From: Vezdaea acicularis
Lineage: Eukaryota
DNA: 64,000 nucleotides
Assembly: GCA_026025075.1 (NCBI GenBank)
Contig: JAPEUI010000016.1
Coordinates: forward strand, 124,001-188,000
Direction of reading: 5' to 3'
Positions 23,683 through 36,651 of this stretch are shown piece after piece; position 1 is the first letter of the stretch, and each line of letters begins with the position of its first letter. The notes below the pieces were generated by a model, which saw only the letters and a program-made list of their open reading frames with translations, was not told where the DNA came from and made no database searches. The translations under genes and the position numbers were made by a program.

Positions 23683-25182
23683 CTATATTGAAGACTCCAT
23701 CTCGGTGATATATAACTTGATGTGTGAGTCCATCTTCAAAAACTCCTCGCGAGCGCTATGAACCTCGTTCTCGATATTTTCTTTGAGATCGGCCATCTGG
23801 TTAAAATGTCAGCAAGGTTTTGTCATCTGATATCTTCAGACATATCTACCTTCTTCTCAGTCTGTTCAATCCGCACTCGTCTTCTCTCCATATCACGCCC
23901 TTTCTCGCCTCTCTCTTCCGATAGTTTCTTATGGACGGCCCTTAATTCATCCATACGATCCTTTGCTGCTTGGGCCTTCTCTTGACTGGTCTGCCTCAGC
24001 TTCTCGACCCGTTCATTCCATTTCGTTAACTGGCGCTGAAGTAGATGTTCTGTTCGTTCAACTTCTCGTACATTACCGCTACGCTCAGAAAGAGCGTCTC
24101 TATTTCGAGCAGCCTTAAGACTATCTTCCTCTTCCTTCTGGATCTCTATCGATATTTCCTCTAGCTGTTTAGTGCAAGCCAGAACATCCCCGGTGACGAC
24201 ACTGAAAGTATCAGTTGACGTTTGTAAGGCACGAGCCCGACGATCGAGCGTATCGATCTGAACTTTGTCCGCCGACAGGGAAGCCGACAAGTCTCCTAGT
24301 GATGCTTGGAGGACTGCGGACGATTGCAGAACATATGTTCGCAACTTCGCAGACTCTTGTTTTATGCTAACGCTCATCGCGGTCTTATCTTCGAGCGTAC
24401 TTGTCAAACGTGTCTTCTCCCCTCTTCCTTTTTCCAACTTCTCCGTGAGCTTCTCTTGTCGCTTGCGCAAGTCTAACAGTCGTGCTTTGAGCTCATCGTT
24501 CCGCTTGACTTTCTCTTTTACTTGTCCCTCAAGCAGTTTCCGAGACCTCTTCTTCTCTTCCAACGCCGTTTCCATCTCCTGGTTCTCCGCGAACAGGCTA
24601 TCGATGCGAGCTTTCGTGGTTTCGGCTTTATTGAAGTGGCCATCGATAACGCTCGTTTGGGATTCACGGAAGCGGATAAAATTGATGATATAGGAGAATA
24701 TCTTGACAAGACGGTCATGTGTTGGTTTGAGGAGGTCGTTAAAGGAGAAGTCGATTACTCCACATTCCACCAACAATTTGCGCAGGCTGGCATAGAAGCC
24801 CATAAGGTTTCGAGTCTCCGGTTGTACGATATCGCTATATTCTCCGCAAACGTCGTCTGCGGCCGCTCTCATCGCTGGCTCTATCGTCTCGCGAGTCGCA
24901 TTGAGTAAGAGTTCAGCGAACCATTCGAAGACCAGCTGGATTTGCTGCGGGTTTGGTTTGAGGAGATCTTGAGTTGTGAAGTTGACACCAATATCATTGA
25001 TACAGCCAGCGATCTCCGAATCAGTCTTCAAGAGAGTCAGTACAGATCACGGACGTTGTAGGCCTTGTGCAAACGTTGGAACCTACCAGGCGCATGAAGG
25101 CATCGGTCGGTTCCTCCTTCTTCTTGTTCCGGCCATTGTTCGTGGAACGAAACTGCTGACTCATTCTCGGATTGAAGTCCAT
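23683..25182 (-). CDS. NUF2: Kinetochore Ndc80-complex subunit Nuf2
   Basis: [47 protein letters not shown] (CH domain), long coiled coil, C-terminal [12 protein letters not shown]. Confidence 0.95.
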
Positions 25183-25309
25183 TGCACATGCGTCTCTATG
25201 AAATACCCGCTTTGCTCAGTGTTGAGGGCGATGTGGTTTGAGTTTTGATGACGAAAAAGATAAAGGACCGAGGTGGGATGGATTGCAGCGCATTGCGATA
25301 CTCGACTCG

Positions 25310-25318
25310 TTTGTTTAC
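25310..25318 (-). promoter_or_regulatory. Candidate forkhead (Fkh) site GTAAACAAA upstream of NUF2
   Basis: Matches the RTAAAYA consensus about 130 bp upstream of a mitotic gene. A short motif like this could occur by chance. Confidence 0.3.
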
Positions 25319-27773
25319 AAATAGACGAATTAGGGTTAGCGTAGCCGAATGCTGATCACGTGGTCCATGGCCATTCAGCAATCTTTCACCATTTGTTCTC
25401 CAATCGATCTCAATGGGATAATTGACATTTCAGCTGTTGTTTATAGATCGAATATTAACTTCAAGGCACTCCTGAGATCACGCATCTTCGCCCTCACCAT
25501 GCGATGGCACAGAAACTTTTGGAGACGATTCTGGCCGCCGGCATCAAGCTATCCATATGGCTTTCGCTTGCTGGATCGTTTTCGAAAAAGCACAAATGAC
25601 TTGGCGTCGATGAGCGATGGGGACTTCCAATCCAATCTCGTGGGAGCGGCATTCTAGCAAACCTATCAGTCGCCCCAAGATAATCTCACGACAGGCTTTC
25701 ATTCGCCGTCCACTAATTGATTAAACGAGCACTTCGCATCGGCTTCCCAATAGCCAGAGGTCTAAGCGGACCGATTGATCACGTTGCACCACCATTATGC
25801 CAAGTTCTAGACCGACACATTTGCTCAAGAAAGCGAAGTTGATAAACGGTCCGCAGTGGCCAGAACCCGAAGCGAAAATACATGCTAGGTCGATCATCTA
25901 CCATGTTAGTTGGTGGAAGATCTTCAGCTGCGGGGCTCAGCAGGTAAAAGAAGGGCATTGCCAACAATACCACCCTTGACATGAAACGCTGGTTTGGAAC
26001 GAGGAGAAGTGGCGGAGCAGGTAAGGCATCGAGGAACAATCTTCAAGATCCATTGAGGATATGGAAGATATGATTGGGAGGACGATGAGATGAAGCAATA
26101 CAGAGCAAGATTTGCTTCCGAATCATCAAGGATCAGGAGTGTGCGTCGCGCGTTTGCTTTTATGACGTGCCGCTGCCTCCCCTTCGCCCGTCGTCCTCCC
26201 TGGAACTCCGCCTGGCTCTTTCTCACAGCCTCGGAGAAGGACGCGCTCATCCGTCGTGGAACATTGTTCTTCTTTGTCCCTTCTTTCGGCTTACACCTTT
26301 TCGACATGCAGTCGGCTTCGGCCTGCCCTCGCAGGATGCGTCCCGCTACTGTAAGATACATTGGCTCAGGCGACTCTATGGGCGCGAAGAGCGAGATGGA
26401 GGCAGAAGATTGGGCGTTCGCTGTGAGGACGCTACTGTCCATCGGCCATATTTTGCGTTTTGAGCCCTGGTCGTGGCGCGACGCCGTCACCACCGAAGAT
26501 CCTTCCTGGGCCGGACGACAGTGCCTACGAACGCCTCGTCCGTCCCTGTTGCAACTCCCAGCGTCGGTGAACCCGTGGTGAAGAGCGGAGGAAATGGACT
26601 GCAGAGTGGATAGGAAGGGTCACGATGCGCATAGCTGAGCATTGACCGGACGATGAGGCGGCGGTCGTCAGTCAACATACTGCAGTGAAGAAAGCCATGG
26701 ACATGAATCTGCATTCCATTGGCAAGAGGAGCAAGCCATTGCAGCGATGCTTGCCAGAGCCCCGCGCGTCATACTTTGCCGTATGCATGCCTGCACCTTC
26801 GTTTTCCGTCGAGGATCAATGTGCCATTATTAGATGTTAGGATTCACGTTGTGAGCTTGCGCTGAACGGTGCTAATCATCGTGAAGGTCGGCGATGATCA
26901 AGCACCTGTCTGGCACGCTGCCTGGTTCCGTCACTGGCTGTAATCCGGCTCCGTCCCTTTCGTCTCCAGCGCGCACCCACCAGCCCACCCACACTCTCCC
27001 ACTTTTCTCGCCTCCCAAAGCCAGTGTCCCGGCATTCCTCTGTTCCCCATCCTATTCGCCCTCTCGTTCGGCCAATCCATTCGACGCCGGCAGGGAGAGC
27101 CACAAGTCAGCAGACGAGCGTCTCATTCAAGCATAACCACGAACAGCAGCATCCGTCAGCGCTGGCGTAGGACCTGCTGCGCCTGTGCAGACTTCTTCAA
27201 GGAACCCATCCACCAACCCACATCTTCATCGCCGTTTTCCCTCCCTCTCATCATTGCCCCCAATGCGCTCGTGCGGCTTGTTGAACGCAGTCGCCTTCGC
27301 ATAGAATCTGCCCGTCTTCCAGACGCTCGCAGAAAAGCTCGTACTCCATAATTAAACACCCAAGAACCCGGCGCAAAAAGCTCCGACCAGCAAATCTCGG
27401 CCACCGCGCGATTTTTTGGTTCTCGCCTATCCCAGAGTCCATAACTGACCTGATCGCACCAGCCAATTTCGACCGTGTTCAGGCCTGAAATCCTTTCAAC
27501 ACAGTCAACTCGACGGACGACAATCCCCTCGTTGCAGCGACCGTGGGTCTTTGTTGATCACTTTCTTTCGGGCCACCGAAACCGAGCGACCCATCGACGA
27601 ATACCTTTAGCGCTTCGACTCTCATCAATGCCCGCCTTGAAGGCAATTGCTAGTCCACCAACGCCACGGTGACGGGTCTTCTATGTTTACCACGCCGTCG
27701 GCGGCGTGCTGGTCGCGGAGGAGAAAAGCTGGACGACGGTGAAGAGACGCGCACCATCAAGGGCAACAGCAGA

Positions 27774-30308
27774 ATGGCACGATGGCCGTTTCGTCGGAAG
27801 TCCCAAACAGGCAAAGGACGGGAGAAGGAAATATCAACGGCACCGATAGATAAGAGGGCTACGGGACTAGAGACTACGGTTGAGAAGGCACCTGATACGC
27901 GAGGCAGATTGAGTGAATCGAGCATTCAGGAGAAGCCCCGGAAACTGAAGAAGAGACGATCGAGGACGCGGGAACGAGACACAGCCAGACCAAAGAGCGT
28001 CACACCCGTCAAGCCAGAAAGGAAAGCAGACGTGAGCCCCACGGAAGGCCACGATTCTGGTAAGGAGATATCGGAAGTCCTTGGGATCGTAGCAAAAGAC
28101 AGACGCCGGCGCACCCGAGCGCGGGAGGCTCATGGTGATGTACCTTCATATTACTTTCAGAATCCTACATCTCATGGCTCTCTTCCCCCCCAACATCCAG
28201 ATCCTTGGCAGTCGCCTCCAACGCTTCGGCCTACTCGGAGCTCAACTGGGCCCGGCCTAGGTCGTAAAAAGTCAGGCAAGAGGAAAATGGACGCCAATCG
28301 AGAGGAAGCTCTCAGAGCGTTGACTTCGGACGTTCCGCCAATTCCCACAACGCCAATCCGACGACCTGCTACGCACTCCGGAGGACCTCTGGGAAGAGAA
28401 TCGAAGATGCATTACGGTCTCAACAGACATTTTGACCGACCAACGTCAGATGTCTCACTACCGCTACCCGAATCTGTGAAGTCGTCCATAGATCTGACAG
28501 GCAGAGAGCCTTTCAGAATTAGAAGCCTAGACGTTTTCTCACCGAGACCTACGATAGTGTACCCCGACAACCCGAGAAGCTCCGCAGGTGCTGTCAACAC
28601 TTGGGGTCCTTCAAGGTCAGGTTCAAGGAAAGAGAAGCGGGATACCATACCAGAGGAAACGTTGAAGGAAAGTCGAACAATCGATGATTTGGCAAATGAC
28701 CTAGATGCTTCTAGCCTAAGAGAACTCATGGATCGAGATGCCCGGCGCCGGGAGAAGAAACGAATTTTGGATCGCCAGAAGGCGCAACGAAAGTTGGAGC
28801 GAAGAGCCGAGAAACAGAGAGCAGAGGAAGAGGCTGTTATTGGAGATACAACGATTGGAAACGGAGTTGTGAATTTGGAGAGAGGTCCTTTAGGCCGAGG
28901 CGATGCTGGCCTTGGCATCGGTGCGGCAGAATCCACAGCAGAAAGAAGATCTTCTGGTGAGTCTAGAAGGCGGAGTAGAAGAGCTTCACAAGAGCTCAAA
29001 GGAGACCCTCATCCTACGGACCCGTTTGCGGATCAAGAACAAGCACCCGAAATACCTAATGCTACTGTGGGGGACATCGCAGGGGACCCAGAGCCTACGC
29101 CTGCTTCAGAAAGGAGTGAAGCAGTCCTTGGCACCGCGACTGCCATTCGGATGTCTACTGCAAGCATGTCACCACCTCGCTCTCCTATTGATCATGCTCG
29201 TGGAGAGTCTGGCATATCAGAGCTGTCCGACCTCCCAACGAGATATGTCACCAATCTTGACAACCCGTCAGAAAGTTATACCAATCGCCGCGCCTCAGAC
29301 TCAAACAATCGTCGGAAAGACGTTCATAGCTGGACCTCTTTCTTCAAGCTTACTGCCTCAAAGTCAAAGAGAGATTCCCGCGATCCTAGACGATCAACAC
29401 CGTCGGAGTTCTCAAATTCACGTGACTCTCTCCCAAAACAAGCGCCGCCTGCCCCCGCGTATCGCACATCAAAACGAGCTTCATCGGGCATCCCCGAACG
29501 GACCAAGTCTAAGTTTAGGGAGGATCTACCAGAAACTCGTATGTCTCCACCAGAATCCAGATTTGTATCATTAGAAGGACGGGAGACGGCTCAGTCGAAC
29601 CGAACTGGCGTATCTCTCTTCGACAGAAGCGGTTCTGCAGCGACCTCTGGAGACCCTTTTGCCGATCGGTCTATCATTGCTCCTTCTCCTGATGGAGAGG
29701 CAGCGAGCAGAGTTGTTTCTCAGTCTTTAGCGTCAATTGACTCGGAAGGATCATGGCTTTCGGGGAAACCCTCAGCAAAGAGAGCGTCCCAGATACATGC
29801 ACACAACTACCCCTTAATGACTAGTACAAGCTCTCTTCAACATACTGAGGAGGAGCGAGAATCCTTCGAGCCATCCGGAAGCACCGGTCATGCCTCAGGC
29901 GGATACGACCGCTCCGCTGTACCCTCCGAGCGTACAATTGGTGTGCATGCAGATCCGACTGAAAGTGACGAGGAAGAACTACCCGAAAAGGAACCAGGAA
30001 CTTGGCATGATGCAGTTGCTCGACAACCTATTGTCATTCATGGTGATCCGCGACTCAAATCCCGTGAGGGTCTTCTCAATGAATACCTGCAGGGGGAAGA
30101 TGGGTCAGAGCCTCAGACCCCGTCTGCTGGCAGCCCAGAGGATGAGACTCCGCCGTCAGGCGAATACCATGGCAAAAGATCAAGCGTGCAACGCGCAACG
30201 AGTGTTGATCTTGGTTTGAAGGGTCATGTCCGTCATCTTAGCGCTGGGAGCGCCAGACTGCTTGAAATTTCGAAACGCTCCTCGATGGAGCCGAAATCCC
30301 CTGAGTAA
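27774..30308 (+). CDS. Large Ser/Arg-rich, mostly disordered hypothetical protein
   Basis: Long single ORF from ATG MARWPFRRK, with conserved-looking islands (DDLANDLDASSLRELMDRDARRREKK; SQSLASIDSEGSWLSG; HVRHLSAGSARLLEI). Confidence 0.85.
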   Translation: MARWPFRRKSQTGKGREKEISTAPIDKRATGLETTVEKAPDTRGRLSESSIQEKPRKLKKRRSRTRERDTARPKSVTPVKPERKADVSPTEGHDSGKEISEVLGIVAKDRRRRTRAREAHGDVPSYYFQNPTSHGSLPPQHPDPWQSPPTLRPTRSSTGPGLGRKKSGKRKMDANREEALRALTSDVPPIPTTPIRRPATHSGGPLGRESKMHYGLNRHFDRPTSDVSLPLPESVKSSIDLTGREPFRIRSLDVFSPRPTIVYPDNPRSSAGAVNTWGPSRSGSRKEKRDTIPEETLKESRTIDDLANDLDASSLRELMDRDARRREKKRILDRQKAQRKLERRAEKQRAEEEAVIGDTTIGNGVVNLERGPLGRGDAGLGIGAAESTAERRSSGESRRRSRRASQELKGDPHPTDPFADQEQAPEIPNATVGDIAGDPEPTPASERSEAVLGTATAIRMSTASMSPPRSPIDHARGESGISELSDLPTRYVTNLDNPSESYTNRRASDSNNRRKDVHSWTSFFKLTASKSKRDSRDPRRSTPSEFSNSRDSLPKQAPPAPAYRTSKRASSGIPERTKSKFREDLPETRMSPPESRFVSLEGRETAQSNRTGVSLFDRSGSAATSGDPFADRSIIAPSPDGEAASRVVSQSLASIDSEGSWLSGKPSAKRASQIHAHNYPLMTSTSSLQHTEEERESFEPSGSTGHASGGYDRSAVPSERTIGVHADPTESDEEELPEKEPGTWHDAVARQPIVIHGDPRLKSREGLLNEYLQGEDGSEPQTPSAGSPEDETPPSGEYHGKRSSVQRATSVDLGLKGHVRHLSAGSARLLEISKRSSMEPKSPE

Positions 30309-31665
30309 CTCGACAATGGAATCGAATTTAAGATTTGCGATCATGAAAGATGTGAGAAGATTTGCAGATATCGACGTTCATTTCAGTTTTCATTTGTTTC
30401 AGTCGCCCGCACGGCATTTCCTTCACGAGCTACCCACTCCGACTTCGAGAATCGCTCAATCTCATTTGTTGCAGCTCATCTCGCAAAATCTAATCACATC
30501 CACCTGACCAATCTTGAGGCCTCTACTGCACATAGAGTTACTCCTTAGTATCTGAAAAGCGTCTGTATAAGCGGAACAGATTTCTGTACTCATACAAAGT
30601 TCCTTCCTGATTTCTCCAATTGTCTGATCTAGACTACGATGGAATCGCGAGCGTGGGGATACCATTCATTTCTGATTGTTTTTTGTATGGGCACAATATT
30701 CCCTCTTCTTGCCCCAGTCTCTTGGAGGCAACTGTTCGTCCTGTTTATAGCTAGCGGGTTTTCGTTTGGTAGTCATCAACACAGATTGAGTCTGGGCACT
30801 AGATGTTCCTTGTTGATTTCTGGAAATCCTGGACAAAGAATGTCAATAACTGGTTTGCTCAAGACCAAACTACTGCTTTGGATGTATGTTTGCCATAATC
30901 ATAGCGAACTTCTCCAGTGTTGTTCTGCTATTGCCGTCACCACTTCCTGCCTCTGCCTAGATAGGGTAACTTGTAGAGGCATCCATCTTCCAGATTTCAT
31001 GGCAGTGTATTGAGAGTGAATGCCCGTGGACTCAACGGGATCCAGGGCCCTCGGCAAAATTGACGTGGTTTCTCCAGACCCTGCACGCCTGGACCGCATA
31101 TGCGTCATTCCACGTGCCAAGCGATTACAGATCTCGCTCGGGAAACCGAAACTTCTCCTCGGGCAGGTCCGCTCCGTTATTCAAATCAACTGAAAGTCAA
31201 TTCCTACATAGCGATCATAGAGCCGTGCACGATAACCCAAATCAAACAACTCTCGTATTTCCGCCCTAGAAACCCGAATTCCTCCGTCGCATGACCGCCG
31301 TACAGCCTTGCAGCCCCTCGAAGCTTCTGTTCACCCAAAAACACACCTGCACGGATCCCTACTGGATTAATCATCCACGGTCAGCAAGCACACCACACCC
31401 CAACCCCCTCCCTCCTCCGCCGGTCCGCAACAACCGAGCATAGAGTAGCATTTTAAATTTCTAAGTTCGGAACAATCTCGTCTATCCCGCATAAAAAGCC
31501 CCGCATACCCCTCCATCACCGAACCTTCTCCCCTCATCAAACATATACCCCGTAAACACCGTGGCTTCAGTCTTCTCGTCCACGATCAAAAGATCAAGTC
31601 CGCTGCTCAGGTCATCACTCGTGAAACCCTCGCAAACGCGTTACTTTCATTCAAGCATAGCAAAG

Positions 31666-32097
31666 ATGGGTGTCCATAACCTCTCTTCGTACGTCTCCCC
31701 TAACTCCACTCCATCAACTTCACTTTATACTCCTCTACCCCAAGATAATCTCATACTAACATCCTCTTTCCACAGCGTATCGGAATACCAATCGGACCTG
31801 CAAAGCTCCCCCATCGCCGTCCTCGACTGCTTCGCCACCTGGTGCGGGCCCTGCAAAGTGATTGCCCCGCACGTCGTCACGCTCTCCGAGAAGTACCCCG
31901 CGGCCACATTCTACAAGGTCGATGTAGACGAAGTGCCCGATCTAGCGCAGGAGCTGGGGATCCGGGCCATGCCCACCTTCCTTATCTTCAAGAAGGGCGA
32001 GAAGGTTGGAGAGGTCGTGGGGGCGAACCCAAAGGCGCTGGAGGCAGCCGTCGCGAAGGCGATCGAGTCGGCGGAGAAGGAGAAGCCTGCTGAGTAG
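31666..32097 (+). CDS. TRX1: Thioredoxin (intron 31689-31775); possible GUG-initiated mitochondrial extension from 31561
   Basis: DCFATWCGPCKVIAP active site, FYKVDVDE and IRAMPTF motifs. Confidence 0.95.
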   Translation: MGVHNLSSYVSPNSTPSTSLYTPLPQDNLILTSSFHSVSEYQSDLQSSPIAVLDCFATWCGPCKVIAPHVVTLSEKYPAATFYKVDVDEVPDLAQELGIRAMPTFLIFKKGEKVGEVVGANPKALEAAVAKAIESAEKEKPAE

Positions 32098-32642
32098 GCG
32101 TTTTTTGCGGCGCACGAATGGTGGTGTAGGATAGGCTTGCTTGATGGCTTCCTCATATTGGTTGTGTTTTCCCCCTATGGGATATAGTGGCTAAACGTGG
32201 AAAATCGGCTGTAAAGGGCTTGGCTGACTAATGTAGCTTAACCTCAATTGAACAGTCGCCTGCACTCGTAATCTGTACCACATTTATGCATGTTTGTGGA
32301 AGTTACGCGGTAGCCAGGGGCCGATACTTTCTATAGCATCAACCACGCTCGCTGTACCAAAGACTGGGACCCCCCCTATTCACTACGCCACTTCACGAAA
32401 GCGGCTAAACCCTCCCACACTTATGCCAAAGTCTATCTATGTACAACAGAGATACCAGACGCAAAGTCTTCCAAATGCCCAAGTGCTTCACTGCGTCCCG
32501 AGGCCCAATGCGCGCATGCTCGTAGAGTAGATGAAAGAAAAACCGGATGCTGCCCTGAATGCAAAAAAGACCTTTTCCCCGCCGGCCCAAATCTCGCACC
32601 AAAGAACAAAGGCTATGCTCATGAACCAACTCCCTTCGTCCA

Positions 32643-32673
32643 TTCGTTCGTTCGTTCGTTCGTTCGTTCGTTC
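32643..32673. repeat. (TTCG)n microsatellite
   Basis: Seen directly: about 7 units. Confidence 0.95.
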
Positions 32674-32828
32674 AATGTAGGCAGACAGCCCGAGCCCTTC
32701 GGAGCTGTTCGTTCGTTTCGTGAAACACCGTAAAAATGCAAATCGCTGGCCGATGCATGCAGTGGTGAGAAATTCAAGAGAAAGGGATATGTATGTGTTA
32801 GGTGATAGGTGGTAGATAGTGGGTGGGG

Positions 32829-34353
32829 TTAGATGAGAATCGTTTGGACACCTTGGGTAATTTGGGAGGGGTCCACAGTCGAGGTGGAGGCGGAGTGGAG
32901 GTTGGAGTGTTTTCCCGCTTGCATCCGTTCCACTCGTTGTCGTTTCGCTTTAGCTATCTTGCGTTCTTGCTTCTTATGAAGCCTGACGTGGTCATCGTGA
33001 AGCTTGTTGCTCTTGTGAAGAGGCTTGGGGTTACGGGGTGGTACCGAGGGCCGAGGAGAGGCTCGGGGATTAGACCCGTCAACATGTAAGGAGTTACCAA
33101 GTGGGAGAGGGTTGGCGGATGTCTGTGCCGATGTTTTGCTGATGTCAGAGTAGACGGAAGCATTGTCGTCAGATGGGACGGAGGACGAGGCCAGGAGGTC
33201 TTCACTTGATGCTGATGCCGAGGGAAGGGGGGCTTGAATGGCGGAGATAAGGAGGTTGTCATCTTCTTCTTTCATGAAACCGGGAAAGGTAGATATGCCA
33301 ATATATTGGTGCTGGTTATGTTCTTCATCCGTCTTCTTGAGTGCTCGTGTAGCTCGACTCATTCTTCGGTCTTGTTTCTTGGTATTGGGGCCCTCACTAT
33401 AAGGGTCATAGTCGCTATCAGCGTCACGATCCCTACTAGATGCTTGCGATCCTGACGAAGCGCTACCTCTGTCCTCATCTAAGAGCTTTGATACGGCATC
33501 ATCAACATCGCCATTGCACTCCTCTAAGGTCTGCCGAATCTTAGCAGGTTCGACAGGAAAGGGAAGTGACTTGCTAACGACGTCGATCTTCCATGGTTCG
33601 ATAGGTGATAGGACAAGCGGTGTGCTCTGCGGTTGTAACCTAGGTTGTATTGATATATGTGACGAATCTACTTCCGGTGGACCGGAATGTGGACCAGCAA
33701 TCCTCCGAACGGATGAGTAGTGCTGCCAATCCTAAGGGGTGGGTAAGTATACGTATACAGCATCATGAGAAAAGCTAGGTTTACTAACGTGATATGCGAT
33801 GTGGAGGGTGGCTCTTTGCAAACCATCGTCCCTCGCCAAAGATAAGTATGCTCGGTCTTTGATATAAATCTTGACATCCACCTCGAAAGCTTTTGTGAAG
33901 GCAGTAATTTCCATGTTGTCCCCCCACTCCCCAGTCTTAATCATTTGGGCCAGATGAGCCTCAAAAGCACGATCCAGGTCCGCCTCGCTCGGTGCACTAC
34001 TTAAGGCCTCTCGATAGCGAGCAGTCTCACGTCTAGGGTTACGCCGTGTGCCACCGCCTACTTCCACCGCGAGGAATGGCTTGAACTCGGCGGGGTGTTG
34101 CCGGATGTATTCAACGACTTGGAACCTAATTCGCAAGTGCTCCTTTGAATTGCCATAAAGCTGGTCAGAGAGAGCGTTGAATAAGCAATTGCCTGTGATT
34201 GGCAAATTTGTTAGCACAAAGAACTATTTGGTGGCGTGGAGGAGACGCTATGGTGCAAGGTGGGGGGGCCATACCGTTGCCTTCAGTGTGGGAAGCATAT
34301 AGGCCTTCATTGGCGAGCAACGGGAATTCATCGGCATAGCTCTTCTTCTTCAT
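32829..34353 (-). CDS. OTU-domain deubiquitinase with a CUE-like region and a low-complexity tail; 2 introns
   Basis: EGNG|NCLFNALSDQLYG (catalytic Cys), WGDNMEITAF and HIAYH|DWQHYSSVR (catalytic His). Confidence 0.85.
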
Positions 34354-34852
34354 GTTGCTAGATAATCTTAAGAGCAAAAGGGAAGGATTGTGAGAGGGAA
34401 GGAGCTGTATAAACAGCGTACCTTTCGCAGCAAACAGCTTCCAAAATACAGAGGACAAGGCTGCTGCGAAAGGAGGGAGGTTGGAGATCCGCAGAGGGCC
34501 AGCTCGAGCGAATTTGAGGTTCGGAGCAGCCACGCGAGTTCTGAATCCGACCAAGCGAAGCTCCCGAGATTCCAGAACGCGCCCGTTCGCGAATCTCGGT
34601 GGAGAGATCCTGCCGTACACAGATAGAGCCTCGAGAGGGGCCTCTAGAGAACGGCGATAAGCGTGCACGGCGCGAGGAAGAAAGTCTCGTTGTCTACCGT
34701 GGCTTTGATGCACCAGAGCACTACTTAATACCTGTAGGATAATAAAGCTACTCACATGAGTGAAATCATCCACTCTTGAACCCCGCCATTCATAGAGGAG
34801 AGAATCAGTGCACCCGTTCAATCGTCCACCAAACGGGCACGCACTGACAAGG

Positions 34853-36226
34853 ATGACCCAAAAGAACATTGTTGTTGTTGGGTACGACTAAGCTTCATTT
34901 CGGACAGAAGCTGCATGATTCACGACTTACATGTATTAGGGCGGGAGTCATAGGACTTACTACAGCTCTACTATTGTCACAAGATCATGAAAACAAGATC
35001 ACACTCATAGCAAAACACATGCCCGGTGACTATGATATCGAGTATACATCGCCATGGGCTGGAGCAAATTATCAGCCGTTAGTAGTCCATTCAGCGTAGT
35101 CCATTATGCAGTTCTATACCTGCTCTATTCTGTAAATAGATTGGAACAGAACTCTTGCTAACAGCATCGCAACTAGAATGGCCTTTGGAGGGACAAAAGA
35201 AGCGGAAATGGAGAAAGAGACATGGCCAGAGTTGAACCGCCTAGCCTCCTCTGTACCCGAAGCTGGGATCCATCATCAGAGTGAGCCTCCACCGTTTGAT
35301 GGAATGAACCTCATGCTGAGGCTCCCTTAAGCATGTATGGCCTACAGCAGAAAAAGTGGCCGCGTTGATCATATGAGAGGCCTTACGGCAAGGGAACCCT
35401 GGTACCAAAGTATCTTCCCAGATGTAGGAATGACTCGACTTGCCTGACACAGAATATCCCAGCCTAACAATCATTTAAGTTCAGGGCCCTTTCGAAAGAA
35501 GAGCTACCTCAGGGAATAGATGCAGGGCACACATTCAAGTCGGTCTGCATCAATACCGCCATATACCTTCCCTACTTGGTATCACAGTGTCTGAAAAATG
35601 GCGTCATCATGAAAAGAGGAGATCTTGAGCACATATCAGAAGCGGCGGGCGTGCACCACACTGGAAAGAAAGCCGATGTAATTGTGAACTGTACTGGCCT
35701 TGCCTCAAGGAAGCTAGGCGGCGTCATGGATACCACGATATTTCCTGTGAGAGGCCAGATTGTCGTCGTCAGAAATACTCCAGGTATGATGTGTTCCCTT
35801 TCAGGATGTGACGGTCTAGAAGGTGATGTGTGTTACGTCATGGAACGAGCTGTCGGTGGGTTTGCCAGATACCTTGCTCAAATTCCCATCGAAATTGCTA
35901 ATTTAAGCCTAGGAGGTGGCACTGTGCTTGGGGGAACCTATCAGGTAAACAATTGGGAGTCCCAGCCTGACCAGAATTGTGCGATCAGAATCATGAAAAG
36001 GTGTGTGGAGATATGCCCATCGTTAACGAATGGAAAAGGCATTGAAGCATTGAGCATCATAAGACATGGCGTCGGCTTGAGGCCAAAAAGAGAGGACGGT
36101 CCAAGGCTCGAGTCTGAAATAATTGATGGCTGCAAGGTAGTGCACAATTACGGCCATGCGGGATATGGTTATCAAACCTCCTATGGATATGCGCAAGAGG
36201 CGATGAAACTTGTAGCGGAGGATTGA
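34853..36226 (+). CDS. DAO1: D-amino-acid oxidase (multi-exon)
   Basis: IVVVG|AGVIGLTTA, EYTSPWAGAN, IVNCTGL, PVRGQ, VGLRP and HNYGHAGYGYQTSYG motifs. Confidence 0.92.
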
Positions 36227-36651
36227 AGCTGGATGGCTTGTTTTCTGCAGTTGACGCAAGATCAAACAAATCTTCGATGGCAAACTTTACTATAGTTTAG
36301 AGTTAGATTAGTGCTATAGCAAGACCACACCGATATTCTGAATTATTAGGAGCGATAGCAGTCATTGAGTCATCACGTGATAGTGAATTTTCAAAGTAAA
36401 TTTGGGCAAGAGCGTGAAGAGTTGAAAAGCAGTTCGGTGGCAAATGATAGCCATAAGAGCTCGACACTGTACTTGAAGCATAATCCTAAATCTACAGCAA
36501 GGTGTTATTTAGGGCGCGTGTACTGTCGACTATGATTTTTCACTCATCCTGTGTCGTGCAAGCAAGCCGTAGCGTAGCAGTCGGCAGTGAGTCTTTGCTG
36601 TCACGGTGAAATAGAGCGAGGTTCCTTTCAAAGCGGCGCTACTCCTCCGCC

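Noticed and set aside
25779..27672. ORFs between NUF2 and the 27774 gene
   Set aside because: No recognisable motifs or consistent codon bias; a small orphan gene cannot be fully excluded.
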